NCBI GenBank assembly: GCA_002633005.1
Contig: NMRA01000134.1
Span: 528,615-592,614, forward strand
Source of the DNA: Phoronis australis
Taxonomy: Eukaryota; Animalia; Phoronida
Length of the DNA stretch: 64,000 nt
Direction: 5' to 3'
Shown here: positions 61,192 through 64,000 of the stretch, piece after piece
Layout: the number at the start of each line of letters is the position of its first letter
How positions within the stretch are numbered: position 1 is the stretch's first letter
The notes under the pieces: model-generated
The model's database searches: none
Told to the model about the DNA's origin: nothing
The model's input: only the letters and a program-made list of their open reading frames with translations
Translations under genes and position numbers: made by a program

Positions 61192-61836
61192 GGTAAGTCT
61201 GAGAAATACGCTCTCGCAGACTTTTTGAAAGGCCATACTTCAAGGAATCCACATGCAAAAATTCACGTCATTTGCTCTTCCCATAAAAAATGCGACAACA
61301 CAGCGATTGAAACCGTGTGAACATGCTCCACAGCCGCCATCTTGGAAGTAACTTCCGGTCCAATAATTTTTTATAAAAGCTTATTAATCTCAACAAACAC
61401 CTGACCAGTTTGAAAGTGATTGGTTTGCAATTGCGCCCTCTACAGGAGAAAACGTTTTTAGCCATATTTCGGGGTGCACATGCGCCACGTCCAATATTTC
61501 CGCCATCTTTAACCGGAAGTCAGCGATTTTCTGCACAATTGTAGCACATGCATTCTAGTATATTCGTTCCGATTTTCAGTCATGTAGGTTGAAAAATGCC
61601 GCCTCTACAAGCATTTGACTGTAAAATCGGATACAAAATGGCCGCCACGTCCGCCATTTTGTATCCGATCATGACCAAAAACAATAGGCTTCCAGGACTT
61701 TCCAATCTACACGTTGTGTGCAAATTTCGTGAAAATCGGACGAAAATTGCGACCTGTAGAGTGCGAACAAAAAAAAAAAAAACTTGACGACAGAGCAACA
61801 TACTTGTCGGAATTCGAAGAATTACGCCAAGTAATA
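61192..61836 (+). mobile_element. Helentron-associated/HINE-like non-autonomous element (3' part, after the gap)
   Basis: Shares 200 bp with 22101-22300, has repeated AAAATGGCCGCC-type motifs and an A-tract, and ends in a subterminal hairpin TACTTGTCGGAATTC-gaa-GAATTACGCCAAGTA (61801-61833). Confidence 0.6.
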
Positions 61837-63751
61837 AAATGCACTGTACAGCCATCACCTGAGAACAGGGACTAATCTAGCGGCCATTTTAAATAATGCG
61901 TCCACATATAAATATGTGGGCGCATAAAAATGACGGCTTGGACGGCACAACCTATACAGAAACAAGACGGCCTGTTTCAAGACAACCTCGGTGAAAACAA
62001 CGGCTAAACGAAGAATTTTAACATCTATGATTAATAAATTTTATTGAAATCTAAAATCAATCGTTTTACTTCAATAAATATTCAGAAATAACTCGACATT
62101 GCACACTATTGCCGTCTATTTCTGCTATAAATGTCACAATGACCATTGGCAAATACTCAGGGCAGGCATGTTTTTGGGGGAATATTTTCTCGTCTGTGAC
62201 GTCAGGGTGACCTCACACGGAATACCTCGCATCCACCGCTAACTACCTGTATGTGCACATGTACACTTAATCTTTGAAATTGAAGTACACAGACCAAAGT
62301 GTGCAAACAGTTTGTTAAAGTGCAAGGAAAATGACCTTTTTATATAAATGACATTTTTTCCTTAGCGGGAGGGGAACTCCCCCCTCAACACCCTCACTCA
62401 ACACCTAGCCCCCTTCCCACTAGACAGGTAAGAGCATGTCTTGTCTAGTACAAAGACAGCCATCATTGGCTACTAAATCCTAGGCAGGAGCTGTAATCAA
62501 TGACATACTCTATAAACATTGAATGAAAACTTAACTTTCTCCCCTGGGAAGAAGTAGTAGACTCCCAGTGGGCAGCAATAGCATATCAACATCAACAAGA
62601 ACCACACTAAAAGCAAAACAGCGTGGGGTCACTGGCTTTGTGCAATTGAATATCATGCCAAAATTTCAACTTCTTTTTAGACAGTAAACTGATTACTTTG
62701 AAACATTCAAAAGGTTTCCGACAGCTCACTGCTGAAAACCCAATAGAGAATACCAGACAAAAACATGTTCTTTTGAATGGTATCAAAACATAGCAAACAT
62801 TGCCTTGCCATCAAGTTCTACTTTGTCAAAAGATAATTTATAGTACAGCTGATGTTAAAGTCAAGTACTAAGTAAAACTTGTTACCATGACAACTAATAG
62901 TTAATATTCCTCCATGGTGTACTCAGTTTTGTATAGTTAAGATAAAATCTCACAAATTTTTGACAAATGAATTTTTAAAATAGAGACTGGGAGCTGGGAA
63001 ATAGTAAAGAACTTGTGCGGTACCGTGAAAAAGCGAGAAAATAAAATTTCACTTGTCCATCACACTGTGTCAAATTTTGCCACCATTTATAAAACTGTGA
63101 CAATATACAATCATGAAAAGGCCCTTTCATACCAACTTAACTTTCGGAGTGTCAATGTAAACTGTGAATTTACCAGAAACGTTCGTACCAGATTCAGTAG
63201 TTAAGGACACCACAGTAAATGGTAGGTGACACTTATTTAACTATCCTCAGCTTCTAGAAATTATTTTTATTTCATTTAAGTGCTCCACTGTTGTATGATG
63301 GGCTATCAAAAATAGAACTTTTATAATTTTACCAAAAATCAAAAGTTGTATCAATAAAGTGATATGGTATCGTAGAAAACTGTAACAGCGTTTTTAAGAC
63401 TTCAAGTTGAACATTTACATGAAATTCTATTTCACCTGTTACTGATACCGTTGTTTTATTATTAAATTTCTGCTTGGCTAAATTTTACTTAAAGGCATAT
63501 TCTCCTGACCCAATCAATGACAGATTGGCATAAATTTAAAAATCAAAATATAAAGACTTTCCATTTTAAGAAAATATATACTTTTACTAAGTTTATTTCT
63601 AAAGTTGTGACAGGGCTTGGAATGACCAATGACAAAAAACGCGGAAACTTTGAAACTTTTACGGCCCAAATCATGCCCGATAACCAGCCTTGAAATGGTC
63701 AATGTGACCCTTCCCCAACAAAAATCGGGAGGACTAAAAAAAAAACGTTAC

Positions 63752-63812
63752 CACCATCAGTAGCATGTGTCTGCGTCCTTTTAGCTCGCCCGTCCACTCC
63801 CAACCCACACAT
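63752..63812 (-). CDS. E78: Candidate first coding exon of E78 (MCGLGVDGRAKRTQTHATDG)
   Basis: AAAAATG start context in a CpG-rich, promoter-like region. The 61-nt exon ends in phase 1 at G|GTAACG, matching the phase-1 acceptor at 59439. No homology support. Confidence 0.5.
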
Positions 63813-64000
63813 TTTTGGCTGCAGAGCGGTAGTATTTGTTGCCGCGCTTAACAATAACACGAGACGCCATTGAAAATCACACCACGCTGTCCCAGATGCC
63901 CCGGCAATGTTGACAATTTACGTTCCTCCGAAACATAAAGAGCAACTTCCGCTTTTCGAGGTGAACGTCGTCTGCAACGCCGCGGTAAGAAAGGAATTTG

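Overview
Intron-rich eukaryotic genomic DNA from a non-vertebrate bilaterian. E78 is present, and a lophotrochozoan such as a mollusc is plausible, but that is inference. Four spliced genes were reconstructed by hand with consistent GT-AG phases: NKAPD1/C11orf57 (+, 3929-8796), ATP5PF/ATP5J coupling factor 6 (-, 14283-11342), GABPA (+, 20712-34448, 12 coding exons) and nuclear receptor E78/NR1E (-, about 63812-41280). ATP5PF and GABPA are head-to-head around a ~400-bp motif-rich promoter, the same arrangement known in mammals. The main points of interest are: (i) two paralogous symmetric exons giving GABPA a repeated acidic N-terminal motif; (ii) an acidic C-terminal extension on coupling factor 6; (iii) a Penelope-like retroelement relic with GIY-YIG, a tRNA-like Pol III head and a minimal hammerhead ribozyme; (iv) a Helentron-like repeat carrying GABP, YY1, NRF1 and CTCF-like motifs inside GABPA; (v) Kolobok-like elements, one with a P2X7-ballast/KolX-like Cys motif. 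There are also several minisatellites and two probable haplotype duplications at single-N gaps. Most ORFs in the supplied track are spurious or exon fragments. All homology calls are by recognition; no database search was run.
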